Origin: the human T2T-CHM13v2.0 reference genome, Homo sapiens
Strand: one strand, 5' to 3'
Assembly (NCBI RefSeq): GCF_009914755.1
Contig: NC_060936.1
DNA: 64,000 nt
The first letter of the stretch is position 1. Every line of letters begins with the position of its first letter. The notes under the pieces were generated by a model. The model saw only the letters and a program-made list of their open reading frames with translations. It searched no databases and had not been told where the DNA came from. A program made the translations under genes and the position numbers. This document shows positions 42,955 to 54,873 of the stretch, piece by piece.

Positions 42955-43900
42955 TTCATTTATTCACTCACTCCTTTACTTACACTTTCACTCAGAAACA
43001 TTTACTGATGGCTACAGTATACAGTACCAGGCAATGTGCTAAGCACTGGGGATGAAGAGAATTAAAATACAGGCTTCCATCCTCAGAAGCTTACACTCTG
43101 ATCATGGGAACTTTCCACTCTCTTACTCCCTACATCCGATCATGAAAATTGACATAAATGTCTTTTCTTTCCATCTCTTCCTTGCCTCCGTCATGATCAA
43201 GGTCATTATCTTCGCAGCTGAATGGTTAAAATGGTTTTCCAATTGGACTTCCCACATCTAGCGTCTTCTCTCTCCACAACTTCTTTATACCATTATGTCA
43301 TTCAGCTTACAAAAAGATTGATCTGATTTTGTCGCATTCCTGCACAAAAGTCTTCACAGTAGCTCCCCCACTTTCCCCAGGGAAAAGATTAACTCCACAT
43401 TTCAACTAGTATTATCAATATTGCTAATAATTGCTTACTATTAGCAATTAGGCACTGTGCTAAACACTTTATGCATTATTTCATTTACTTCTCATGACTG
43501 CCTCTTAAGGCAAGAACTGTCACCTTCATTTTATAAATGAGAAAAATGAAGCCAAGAGGTGATCAATGACTTTTCCAAGGTCACACAGAGAGTAGGTAGC
43601 AGACTGACACCAAAATGCATATTCTTAACCACTCACGGACCCAGCATTCTGCTCTTGATTCAGTCTTAACTCTGTGCAAGCTTTGCCTCTGTGCAACCTT
43701 TGCTCCTGCTAGGCATCCCATGCACCTGTTCTTTACCTTCTCCATGCCTTCTAAATCCTATTAATATTCATTCAAAGCCCAATTTAAGTCCCCTCTCCTC
43801 TGTGAACTTGTCCTAGACCAGTCTAGTCTGCATGCTATTTTCTCTGCCACTCATTTGGCACTGAGAGATGTTCTGTACCATAGTTTTTACATAAATATCT
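42955..43900. mobile_element. Patchwork of L2 and MIR fragments
   Basis: L2 motifs (CCAGGCAATGTGCTAAGCACTGGGGAT) and an antisense MIR core at about 43450-43635 (CATTTTATAAATGAGAAAAATGAAGCC...CCAAGGTCACACAG). Confidence 0.55.
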
Positions 43901-43940
43901 CATATGTCTCAGGTACAACAATGAAAATCTATTAAGAGAA

Positions 43941-44213
43941 TTTAGAGACAGAGTCTCACTCTGTCACCCAGGCTGGAGTGCAGTGGCTCACTGCAACCTC
44001 CACCTCCCATGCTCAAGCAATTCTCCCACATCAGCCTCCCGAGTAGCTGGGACTACAGGTGCACATGACCACACCAGGCTAATTTTTGTATTTTTATTTT
44101 AAGTAGAGACAGGATATCACCATGTTGGCCAGGCTGGTCTCAAATTCCTGACTTCAAATGATTTGCCTGCCTTGGCCTCCCAAAGTGCTAGTATTAAGCC
44201 ACAACACCCAGCC
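43941..44213 (-). mobile_element. Alu (old S/J), almost no poly-A tail, two small internal deletions
   Basis: GAGACAGAGTCTCACTCTGTCACCCAGGCTGG...CCAAAGTGCT...CACCCAGCC, with only TTT where the tail should be. Confidence 0.85.
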
Positions 44214-45893
44214 CCTCCTAGATTCTTAATGAATATTTGCAGTTTTTGTGGTGCTACTCACATAACACACACTCAATAAATTAACGTTACATGAGCGAAT
44301 GAAGAGTTTAGAGGGAAGTCTATCACCGTTTAAGTGATTTTGATGCAGAAAACATTCTCCTGCCATGATTGGTGAAAAAGGTGGGTGTCTGAGGTGCTGT
44401 ATTTCTCTTTCCCAGCATGTCATAGAGAACAGAAACTCCCAGGACGTTACAGGACTTCCCCAAATCCTGCCCAAGTATTCAGACCAAAAAGGATTATTAA
44501 AAAATCCCTGTCCTGATCCTCAGTCTGAATAAGATCTATGTGAAACTTTAGCCCCGGGGTCTTAGCAAGCTCCGAGATAAAAATGATGGACTTCCCAAAC
44601 ATTTGACAGTAACACAGTCTGGTTATGACCCGGTGATTACAGAGGCTGAAGATTCCCACTCTCTCCTCAAACTGCAAGGAATGGTTTTAATTATAGCTCC
44701 AATCTAAGCCACTTGGAGGCGTCTGGGAACCACAGAGCTCCCAGCATGCTAGCCGTGTCCTTGCAAACTGATACCCCCTCACTATGCATGGTGGAAAAGG
44801 TTGACTATCCCGCATGCAATATCGGAGGTTGGCCAACTGGACAGTGATCTCCAGTTGCTCATCTTATTAGTGGAAAAGCCTGCCCAGTAGCAAGACAATA
44901 CAAAATACCTGACACCATCCTTATCTTTGGGAATTAGCAGCAGAGCAGGGTCCATGCCTTCACTTCTTTGCTAAGAAAAACAACATGGTGTATGACTTGA
45001 CAATGGAAGATTCTGGACAGAGCCTAAGATGGCTTAAAGTAAGCATTGTTTTTTCTGAGGAAGGGAAGAAACAGAAGCTTGAGGCATGTTGGATACATGT
45101 TCTCTGGAAGAGAACTGATAATACATTACATTTGGAACTAGACTTTTCGGTTTTCAAAGTGGTTTCATAAAGTGTTATATGACCTCAGCATCTATCAACC
45201 CTAGATGGCTTGGGCAGCTTACATATCCTCCATTCAACACAGGTGGTAAGAAGACCCCTAAGGGTTGCTGGGGATCTCACAGTTAGTGATTGTCAGAGCC
45301 AGGGCTAGAACATTTTAGTCTCTCACATTGCCTCTAGCTGCAGGGCCAGTCACATCACATGGTTATTTCCCAAGACTGAAGGAGTTGTAATATAAAATTG
45401 CTTGGTTAGGTTGGTTCTTTTTTTTTTTTTTTGCTTCCATTCCTGTTTCAATTTGCTCACTTTCTATTCCTTCCTTCCCACCTTCCTAGGCCACCCCCTC
45501 CCTCCCCCGACACACTGTCTCTCCTAAGCTTGCTTCAGATGCTACTTCACTGGCAGCCTTGGCTGCAAATCTCCTAGACTCACAGCCAACACTTGGAGCT
45601 CACAGATTACAGAGCTGTGTCCTCAGACTGCCTGTTGCTTTTTCTCAGGGTTGGATGAATTGCTTTCTTTTTTTTTTTTTAAAGGAGGAGAAGTGTTGGA
45701 GAGGAGAGGAAAAGAATTGAATAATTCTAGAATTAACAGCAATTTATTTTTACCCAAAGAAGGCCCCAAATTATCTAATGCTAACTCCTTAGGTTTGTGA
45801 CGGACAAGTCAGAGACATTGGCAGGGGGGTAGGAGGGAATACCCCAGGATAAAATGCTTTCAGTGTTATGGCATTTTGTTCTAACTTACTGGC

Positions 45894-46279
45894 TATATTA
45901 GTCTGTTCTCACTGCTATAAGGACATAAAGGAGATTAGGTAATTTATAAAGGAAAGAGGTTTAATTGACTCACAGTTCTGCATGGCTGGGAAGGCCTCAG
46001 GAAACTTACATTCATGACGGAAGGCAAAGGGGGAGCAAGGCACCTTCTGCACAAAGCAGCAGGAAGGAGAAGTGCTGAGCAAAGGAGAAAGAGCCCCTTA
46101 TAAAACCAACAGATCTTGTGATAACTCACTTATTATCAGGAGAACAGCACGGCGGAAGCCAACCCCATGATTCAATTACTTCCACCTGGTCACTCCCTTG
46201 ACACATGGGGATTATGGGGATTATAGGAATTACAATTCAAGATGAGATTTGGGTGGGGACACAAAGCCTAACCGTATCA
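45894..46279 (-). mobile_element. THE1D-like solo LTR
   Basis: AAAGAGGTTTAATTGACTCACAGTTC, CAAGATGAGATTTGGGTGGGGACACAAAGCCTAACC.TATCA. Perfect 5-bp TSD CTGGC at 45889-45893 / 46280-46284. Confidence 0.9.
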
Positions 46280-47112
46280 CTGGCCAACATCTTAGCACCT
46301 AATGAGAAAGATAGAAACAGAGCTCTCATATTACTCAGACAGTTTACTGCCAAATTGTGAGCAAGAGTCATCAGAGGGGGGGTGAGACATGCAGGGAGCT
46401 GTCAATCAGCTTCTCTGACTACCATTAAATTCACACTTGCACACAAAGCACATATGAGCAGTGAAAAGGGAACAAGAGGAAATCTGAAGGCTAAATTGTC
46501 ATTCTCCCCAGAGGGAGAAAAGTTCTGAAACTATCAAAGCGAAGGTTCTACTTTGATCTTCTCTTTCTTTCACATCAAAATTGTCCACACAGCTCCTGCC
46601 ATGACCAACACTTCCACTGAGTTTCTCAAGGAGAAATGGCGACACAGCCCTCCTGTGCTTCCCGAGGAATAAAGACTGTACCTGAACTGAGCATTGCTGT
46701 GGGATCCGCTTGTTGCTGGCAGGCTAATAAGAGAAAAGATTCACTACTGTGAATCAAGTAAATAAACATGCCTAGGAAATACTATGGCAGCAGATAACCC
46801 TGAGAGAAAAATGAGAATCAGTACTATTTTTAGTGGCAGCTTTCTGATGATAATTGTACTTGAAGAGAAACTAGCGTGAACAATATAAAGGCAAAGTTAA
46901 TTTCAGATCCTAAGCTTGCTGTACTGTTCTTGGATTATTTGAAATACAATGTAATCCACAGTCATTTTAACTGTGTGACAAGGAAATCTGGGGACACCTT
47001 AAGTAGCTGCTGGGAGGCTCGGGGGTAAATGAGAGTGGAGGAAAGTTGATCATAGAAACATATTTTACTTTTAAAATATCTTATAGAGTGTATCCCCTGC
47101 TCCCTTTCAGGC

Positions 47113-47300
47113 TAACATTTGCTGGAGACTTATGTTCCAGGTACTGTGTTAACTACTCTAGTGAGAATGATCTCATTTAATTCTCACAGCCTTGTGAGGT
47201 AGATGTTATTGTTTCCATCTTACAGAAGCCATGCAGCTTGTAAAGATGGAGCTAGAATTTTTAACCCAGTCTTTCTGACTCTAGAGTCAAATCACTGTGC
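47113..47300 (-). mobile_element. MIR fragment
   Basis: TCTCATTTAATTCTCACAGCCTTGTGAGGTAG...TTACAGA...CTGACTCTAGAG. Confidence 0.7.
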
Positions 47301-47322
47301 TAGTGTAGATGGAGAAAGGAGA

Positions 47323-47975
47323 TTCTGGGGCTCAAAAAACAATGCCTCCTAATGAGGGTCCCAACAGCAGCTTCAGAAGCAAAACCTTTTCTGTCACCTT
47401 CTCCTGCCTTCATCCCTCTCAGTCCCATTCTCCCCCCAGGCTAGCCATAGAAACTAGAATTTCTCTTCCCCAACATGGGACATAGAAGCCAGAATCCCTT
47501 TTTCCTAAAGCCAGTCATAAAACCTAAAAAATCACTCTAACTTTCCCTCCACCTTATCTATGTAAAAACCAGCCATAAAGAAATTATCTGACCTAACTTG
47601 TTTGATGATCGGTCATAAGATCCCCATTCCAGAGAGGGTCCTGCTGCACACCCAGAAGGAAGAAATGCATGCTCAGAGAGGCCAAGAAGAATCTAGACAG
47701 ACAGGCCTTGCTGGGTGTCCCCAGTGTCTATTAGCATTCAATCATGCCTTTTTTGTCCAACCATATTTCTATAATAGAAGGCTGCCTCATATTTTGTTGA
47801 ACCTCAGCATAAAAATGGACAATTTCCCCTGTCTTTGGGTCTTTATTCTGAAGACTCCTGTGTATATACATTAAATAAATGTGTACACCTTTTCTCCAAT
47901 TAATCTGTCTTTCATGAGTTGGTTTTCAGTGAACCTTCAGTGGGCCAAAGTGAAAGCTCTCCTTTGGCCCCCACA
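47323..47975 (+). mobile_element. MER39-like ERV1 solo LTR
   Basis: TGGGGCTCA...CAGAAGCAAAA...GGCTAGCCATAGAAACTAGAAT...GGTCATAAGATCCCCATTCCAGAGAGGGTCCTG; ends TTGGCCCCCACA. Confidence 0.78.
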
Positions 47976-48879
47976 GTGATAATTCACCCTTCTACTTTCT
48001 GTCATTTGCTATAAAAAAGAATCATGCCCTAATACTTGCGCTGACCTACACATCCATCCCTGAGAACAGGACCCAGGGCTGCTGATGTGAGCAGAGCTGT
48101 CTCAGTGAGCCAGAGGTAATGATGGCTACAGCCTTCCCAGCACAACTGGAGTGCCTCCCTGTGGATCTACACAACCAGGGTCCCTCTCTCATCCTGAGTC
48201 CAGGCCCCGGCTTCACGGCACAACTCCTGTCATCACTTTATCCAGATCAGAACCCTGAGACACAGGCTGTCAGGGCCCACTCTAACCACAACTCTGCCAT
48301 CGCCCATGGAGCAGGATGGCTCGGAGAGTCTTCCACAGTCTACAAAACTCAGTCTCTCCTTCCTTTTCCTGCCCTTAAGCTACAAAGTAGCCAGATTCAG
48401 GTTCATTCAATACATGTATGAACACAAACAACCTTCATTCATATAAACTATACCAAAGGCTGAGCTCACAGGATCAGTAAGGAACGAATTCTCTCCACAT
48501 TTTATGAGACTCTGAGTATTAGTGTTCAAGGTGTAAATACAGGTCCCACTGTGGGGGCTCCATCCATGAATATTGTTGTGGACCTGTATTCAAACATATT
48601 CAGATTAAGATGAGAGCCAAATCAAACTGCAAGCATAGGACAGGAGGGAAAAATTCCCATTGTAAAGGAGGCAGGTCTAAGAAGCTTTGCAAAGCACAGC
48701 ATGCTTGCTGACAGACCACAGGGTGCTGTGATGTGGTCTTCTTATCTCATTTCCAACAGCCTGTGGAGAAAATTTTCTTAGGAAGGAAAAAAAATCATAA
48801 CTTCATAAAGGAATTTCATGAGACAATAGTATTTGCCTTTAAGGAAAAGTCTTATCCTGATAACCTACCTGGAATACTT

Positions 48880-49340
48880 TGTATCATTTTAAGAAAATTT
48901 CAGTTCTAAGTGACAGAAGATCCAACTCAAACTAGCTTGAGTTAAAAGAGAACTTGTTAGTGGATGCAACAGGCCTAGAGCTAGCTTCTGACACATATGA
49001 ATTCAAGGACACAAACTCTGTCACCAGAATCTGTCCTCTTTCCCTACCTGGGTTCTGTTCTCCTTCATGTTGCTTCCACTGTGAGTGTCCGCTTGGTGGT
49101 GGATAGGACCATCAGCAGCTCCTGTCCTAACACTCTCCAGAGTTCAGGCGGAGTTTGCAGAATAAGTGTTCTGGGTGCCACTCTGATTGGCCTGGCTTAT
49201 TTCATGCACTCATCCTTCATCACATCCCTGTGGCCAGGGGCATCGAGTGCACTTTCAGCCAAATTGAATCCCACGTCCACCCACAGAACCATAAGGGGTT
49301 AGAAAGAAAAGGTCCCCATTGGTAATTCAAGAAACTATTT
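48880..49340 (-). mobile_element. Old MLT1 (K-like) LTR
   Basis: AAGTGACAGAA..CCAACTCAAACTAGCTT, CTCTGATTGGCC, CCCTGTGGCCAGGGG. Confidence 0.6.
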
Positions 49341-49765
49341 CTAAAAAATGGCGGGGGGGCGTGGGGGGTGGAAGGCCTAAAACCAATAGAGGTTCTCTCT
49401 ATAGCATCTCCTTATAAAACAGAAGTACTTGTATTCATTTATTAAAATTATTCAGTGCTGACACATAAAACATCTAACTATGAGTACATTTAGGCACCCC
49501 CCTGCCATGTAGTATTTTTAGATGGACCTAACATATTGGCATATATTTCTAAGATTTGGGTACCCACTGGTATGAAAATGCTTCCAAAAATTATGTAGGC
49601 CTAAAATTAAAATCAAAGACCAAGACCAAAGAATCTTGTATTTCTATCTCAGATTGGCTCCTAACTCATAAAATGTTATCCCGATAAATTTACATAAACG
49701 TTCTGTACTATTCTCTTTATTTCCGGTTTGCCTTCCTCTCACAAAAGATGTGCCTGCAGGTCTTA

Positions 49766-49861
49766 GGTATTTTTACTTTGTATTAAATGCAAAGGTATGT
49801 AACTCTAAGAGATTTTCAATGGAGATAGTGAAGGAGATTTGCCTCTTTTTATAAAATGATT
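49766..49861 (+). repeat. 96-bp dispersed direct repeat, copy 1
   Basis: Manual alignment to 52075-52169 gives 7 mismatches and 1 gap over 96 columns. Confidence 0.93.
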
Positions 49862-49871
49862 CATATCTTTT

Positions 49872-50288
49872 CTGTTGACTCCTCCAGATCCACTGTCCCT
49901 GATTTTCCAACCTAATCTCTGCCCTGGAGAGACTGACTTGTATGATCTACATCAATGGGCTCTCTTATTCTCCAGCTTCTGGTTGGGTTTCAGCCAATGA
50001 GGGGACATAGTGGAAGATCAGGAGAGAAAAAGATTAAGAAGCAAGCTGCACCCCTCGACCAAAAATCACATTGCCTAAAACAGATGTCCTTTCTACCTGA
50101 CTCTCTCCCTAATAGTTCTAATAATTGTTCCCTCCTATTGCACCTGCATGCCCCTAGCTCCTGCACCATCCACCGTGGTTCCCCAACACTTTCCCACACC
50201 TTTGTAAACAGTCTCTTCATTAAACTCTTCTCCCATTTTTCTAATTTGAGGGTGTCATTTATTTCCTACTGGAACCATGATTAATATA
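49872..50288 (+). mobile_element. Old ERVL solo LTR (LTR33/LTR41-like)
   Basis: CCAGATCCACT...CATCAATGGGCTC...CTTCTGGTTGGGTTTCAGCCAATG; end TTCATTAAACTC...TTTGAG.GTG.CAT. Confidence 0.65.
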
Positions 50289-51286
50289 ATCGGTAAAATG
50301 TTGACAGAGAGGGGGAGCAGAAAAAAATGGAAAAGTGACAGAAACTTCAGATTAAGAAGTAGACCTAATTAATTATCTGATAAACAATAAAAATGCTATA
50401 AGTGGGTCCAACCAATTTGACGTTTGGATTAATTTACATTTTCATTTCAATAAGCCCTTCCAACCCTCACATTAAAGGTGGAAACCAAAAGACTAATAAC
50501 AACACTCATTGAAAATTTTCCACTTCAGAGGGAGTTTTAGCACATACCTATCATAAATCTCTTAGCTACATTTTTGGTAAACAAGAGAGATCAAAGAAAT
50601 GAGACAGTAATTCAGGAGGATGCCAAGGAAGACGGAAGATTTTCTATTTGAACTCTTTCCTTCTGCTTGCTTCTTTCACAACAAGCACCATTCACAGCCC
50701 CCATATTCATTTCCAACTCAGAGGAACCAGCTGTTTCCATAGGAGTCATTAATGTTTTTCAGAGCGTTCTCTTTGCCAAGGTTCAGACACGATTGTGATC
50801 ATAAGAAGATGGGCAGGAAGGGAACGAGAAAGTTGCAGAGGGTTAGAAGAGGTGAGATGAAGAAGTGAGAGAATGAGAGGACGGGGGAGGAGAGCAGACA
50901 TGAGAGGTGGGCACTGGGGAGACTGGACGGCAGGTGGAAGAGGGGCCTCAGAAAATGGAATGGACAAGAGAGGAACAGAGGGACAAGACGGTCGGACCAC
51001 TGGATATTATGCAAGGAGATTAATTTTGTGGGGAGAGGACTGGCAAAGACCTCATGGTTGCTCAGTAACCAGAGAGCAATAACCTGGAAGCTATTTAGCC
51101 TACCTTCCATTGGAAACAAGAGTTACTGTCCAGTATGGTTCTGTGAATGCGTCCTAAGAAGGGCTGATTTACCCATACTTGCCTGCTCTTTGTCAGATCA
51201 AGTGACATTTTCTGTTTATAAACAGAGGGTGTTGGGCTGCCACCTTAAGTGATCTAATGGATCTGAGGAACAATTAAAATTAGATG

Positions 51287-51568
51287 GGCCGGGCGCGGTG
51301 GCTCACACCTGTAATCCCAGCACTTTGGGAGGCCTAGGCGGGCAGATCACGAGGTCAGGAGATCGAGACCATCCTGGCTAACACGATGAAACCCCGTCTC
51401 TACTAAAAATACAAAAAATTAGCCGGGCGAGATGGCGGGGGCCTGTAGTCCCAGCTACTCGGGAGGCTGAGGCAGGAGAATGGCGGGAACCCCGTGGGGC
51501 GGAGCCTGCAGTGAGCCAAGATCGCAACACTGCAGTCCAGCCTGGGCGACAGAGCGAGACTCCGTCTC

Positions 51569-51597
<29 letters not shown>
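51287..51597 (+). mobile_element. AluY of the Ye lineage
   Basis: AluY backbone plus GGGCGAG.TGG, GAACCCCG.GGGGCGGAGCCTGCAG. TSD AAAA(T/A)TAGATG at 51276-51286 / 51593-51603. Confidence 0.8.
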
Positions 51598-51599
<2 letters not shown>

Positions 51600-52074
51600 G
51601 ATGAAGGGAAAAGTCAGGGGTTAGCCTTAAAACTCCCCTGCTTTTAATCGGCGTAAATTTTCCTATCAGGGGCTCATTTTCCCTATGGCTGAGCCAGGGG
51701 AACCGCTTACGTAGTGGAACGTTTCCCCCTCCTTGGTCTGCAAATCCCTGCTACTGCTGCTGCTTGTTTATTTGTTTGCAGTTAATTATGTTTTAAAGAC
51801 AGTGGTAAGAGATCCAAGGAGTAAGAAAACATATTTGTTTCATCTTCTTGGCTGATGGACTTTCTTAAGTCTGATTTTTTTTTTTTTTTGTCTGCCCCCA
51901 TCCACGGTGGCTGCTTTCAGTTCCCCAATGATTCTGCATTTTAACGAAAAGCGTGATCCTCTTCCATTCAGTTAGTATAATTGTTACCCAGACAAATCAC
52001 TATAATTAAATTCGGTTTAAAAGTGAGAACCCACCTGCAACCATATGTTAAACCAGCCTTTGGATAAGGAAGTT

Positions 52075-52169
52075 GGTATTTTCATTTTGTATTAAATGCA
52101 AAGTTGTGTAACTACAAGAGATTTTCAATGGAGATAGTTAAGGAGATTTGCCTCTTTTTAAAAATGATT
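52075..52169 (+). repeat. 96-bp dispersed direct repeat, copy 2
   Basis: Shares TGTATTAAATGCAAAG, AAGAGATTTTCAATGGAGATAGT and AAGGAGATTTGCCTCTTTTTA with 49766-49861. Confidence 0.93.
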
Positions 52170-52399
52170 AATTATAATTCACATGTGTCTGAAAAGAAAT
52201 TACTTGACCCTTAGAAAAACATTTTCATTAAACAGAATCTACCATTAATCAGGCTTCTAGTGAGTGGATTTGGTATTGACACAGAGAAAGTAATGGAAAT
52301 GAGTAAAAAAATTTTTAAAAAAAGATCCTTTCAGTGAATGTTTGAAATAAGACTAAAACATGGAAGGCTGCTGTAAGAGAACGTTTGGCACTGTCTGGC

Positions 52400-52812
52400 T
52401 CCCCTAACTCTTTCTGCTTCTCTCTCACACACCATGGGGTGGCCTTCACAAACTTAAACCAATCAGCCTATTCAGTCCCTGACCATAGTGATTTCATTAG
52501 GAGGCAGGACAATGAAATGTTTGCTAGAACTTCTGGGAAGGAGAAAATTCTTCTCTCTTCTATAGGAACCATTTAAAGAGACTTTCTTTTCCTGGAGTGT
52601 GTGATTTGAAGATGTAAGTTTTAGGACTGCTGTAGAATTTTGCAATCCAGAAGGGAGATCTAAAGCAGCTGCATCACTTCAGTGATATCATTTGAGATGT
52701 TAGATCAAACTAGTGCTACCTCTGGATTTTTCAGCCATGTGTACCCACATTTATGGCTTAAGCTAATTTAAGTTGAGTTGTCTGTCACTTGCAACCACAA
52801 GAATCCTGGCTG
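52400..52812 (+). mobile_element. Old MLT1 (K/L-like) LTR
   Basis: 3' end GGCTTAAGCTAATTTAAGTTGAGTT.TCTGTCACTTGCAACCA.AAGAATCCTG. Confidence 0.6.
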
Positions 52813-52897
52813 TGCTGAGGCAAGGTCAGATCTCCCCCAGTTAGTGACTCAGTAGAAGGAATGTCAATACCTGCATTACTGAGACAGTGCATTAGAT

Positions 52898-52952
52898 CAG
52901 GGATCCTGGGCCTGGCTGAGTCACCAGAATCACCTGGGAACTTCTTAAAGGT
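52898..52952. mobile_element. MER5A-like fragment
   Basis: CAGAATCACCTGGGAACTTCTTAAA. Confidence 0.45.
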
Positions 52953-53635
52953 ACATGTAAAAAAAATTAAAGATCAATGATTTTTAAAACAAATCAATTA
53001 AAACAAATAGGTGATTTTAGAAAGGGAACCAAGATAAGCATAATTAATGAGCTATATCTAAGAGATAAGGAAATGTTAGAAGATGAGGGCAAATGTAGGC
53101 AAGTTTAATTCTCTTTTTTGACTATTATTTATTTGGAGTCATCTAAAAGCAAAGTACTATTACAAAACTCAGTAGAATTGATTACAAAGCTAGATAAGAC
53201 AAAATCTATCCACTCAAGGGATTTTTTTTAATCACTAGGGAAACTAAACATGTACACTTATAAGTCCATCACTCACAAGACAAGTGCTGAGAAATACTTT
53301 CTGTAGTCTTTAACAGCTTACTAAGCATATTCACACTCATCATATCATTTGATTCTCACAACAACCCTTTGAGATAGGCAGTTGCACTTCTCTATTTGGC
53401 ATAGATTTTAAAAAACTGAGACTAAAAGTGTGCAAAGATAAATATAAATGAATGTCACTGTGGCATTATTTAAAAGAGGAGGAAACAGAAAACTGCCTAA
53501 ATATCAATAGCAAAGTGGCTAAATACATTTTGTACTTCCATAAAACAGAATGGTAGGCACTGTTAAAATAATGAGGTAAAGTTCTTGTTCTCGGGAAAAT
53601 GGAGTAAGCACACTCCACCTCATCTTCCATTGAAT

Positions 53636-53795
53636 TAGGATTGCCAAATGTATCAAATAAAATACAGGATGCTTAGTTAAATGTGATTTTCAGGTAAGCA
53701 ATAATTTTTAGTTTAAATATTTCTCATGCAATATTTAAAATAAACTTATACTAAAAAATTATATAGGATGTCTTATATTTTACCTGGCAACCCTA
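53636..53795. mobile_element. MER53 palindromic MITE with a deletion in the right arm
   Basis: Terminal repeats TAGGATTGCCA / TGGCAACCCTA; internal AAATACAGGATG..AGTTAAAT and CTTATACTAAAAAATTAT. 8-bp TSD CATTGAAT / TACTGAAT. Confidence 0.82.
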
Positions 53796-53876
53796 TACTG
53801 AATGCCATTAAAATGCTAGACAAAACGAATGGAAAAATTATCTGAAAACTGAAAAGTAAATGGTAGCAGGTAGATT

Positions 53877-54551
53877 TCTTGGCTAGTTAGGCATTCATGA
53901 GCAGGACAGGAGAGGACCCCTTCCTCTAGGAATGTCAGGTGATGATGGTCAGGTGGTTGTTAAACTCTCGTTCTAAAATCATAATTGGTCACAGCTGGCA
54001 CCAAAGAATGACAGTCTCCCAATAGATAGACAACACCTAGAACTGGTGATCAGCAGCTTCCTGATAAGGTCTCAGGAGATGAGCAAGTGGGCTCAAGCAT
54101 GCACACTAAGAGGCAAAATGGCAGGGACCCTTCCTCCGGGAACGCTTCACTGGTAAGGGAAAAACACCTCAGGTGAGCATGCACACAACTTCAGTAAACA
54201 CACTGTGCATGCGGCCCCTCCCAAGTGCTGGCAGGCTACCACACATGCAGACAGCCCACCTCAAGAAAAAATCAAGGAGAAATGAAAACCCCAGAACCAT
54301 GCCAATGTATAAAATCCAAAGTCAAGGGCCGAACAGGGCACTTAGATTGCTCCAGTTGCCTGCTTGGCCCTCTTCCACATGTACTTTGCTGCCTTTCATT
54401 CTTGCTCTAAAACTTTTTAAGAAACTTTCACTCCTGCTCTAAAACTTGCCTTGGTCTCTCACTCTACTTTATGCTCCTCAGCTGAATTCTTTCCCCCAAG
54501 GAGGCAAGAGTTGAGTTTGCTGAAGATGGGTCAGACTTGCCACTGGTAATA
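53877..54551 (+). mobile_element. MER50 ERV1 solo LTR
   Basis: TAGTTAGGCA..CATGAGCAGG.CAGGAGAGG, CTGGTGATCAGCAGCTTCCTGATAAG, GCATGCACACTAAGAGGCAAAATGG. Putative 4-bp TSD GATT. Confidence 0.83.
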
Positions 54552-54781
54552 GATTGAGAAAGAAAAACTCAAATTATGAACAATCTAGCGGTAAACTTCC
54601 TGAGTTTTTCATTTTTTGTTTTTCTTTCCTTATCTTCAAGCCTAGACTGAAAAGCAACCTAAACCCCAGAGCTGTGGACTCACCACAGATCAGGTGCTCC
54701 AAAAGAAGCCCTCTCTTTCTGATCTGAGGAGTGAGAAATGGGTCCCTTTACAGGACACAGAAAATGAGAGAAATGCCCTGC

Positions 54782-54873
54782 ATTCCTTCCTTCCTTCTTT
54801 CCTCCCTTTCTTCTTTCCCTCCTCCCTCCCTCTTTTTCTCCCTCTGTTTCTCCTTCTTTCTTTTTCTCTTTCC
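54782..54873. repeat. CT-rich low-complexity polypyrimidine tract
   Basis: About 90 bp almost purely C/T (TTCC, CTCC, TTTC units). Confidence 0.9.

Noticed and set aside
50810-50995. Purine-rich tract with overlapping ORFs on both strands
   Set aside because: Low-complexity GA-rich sequence depleted of stop codons; no periodicity or domain.
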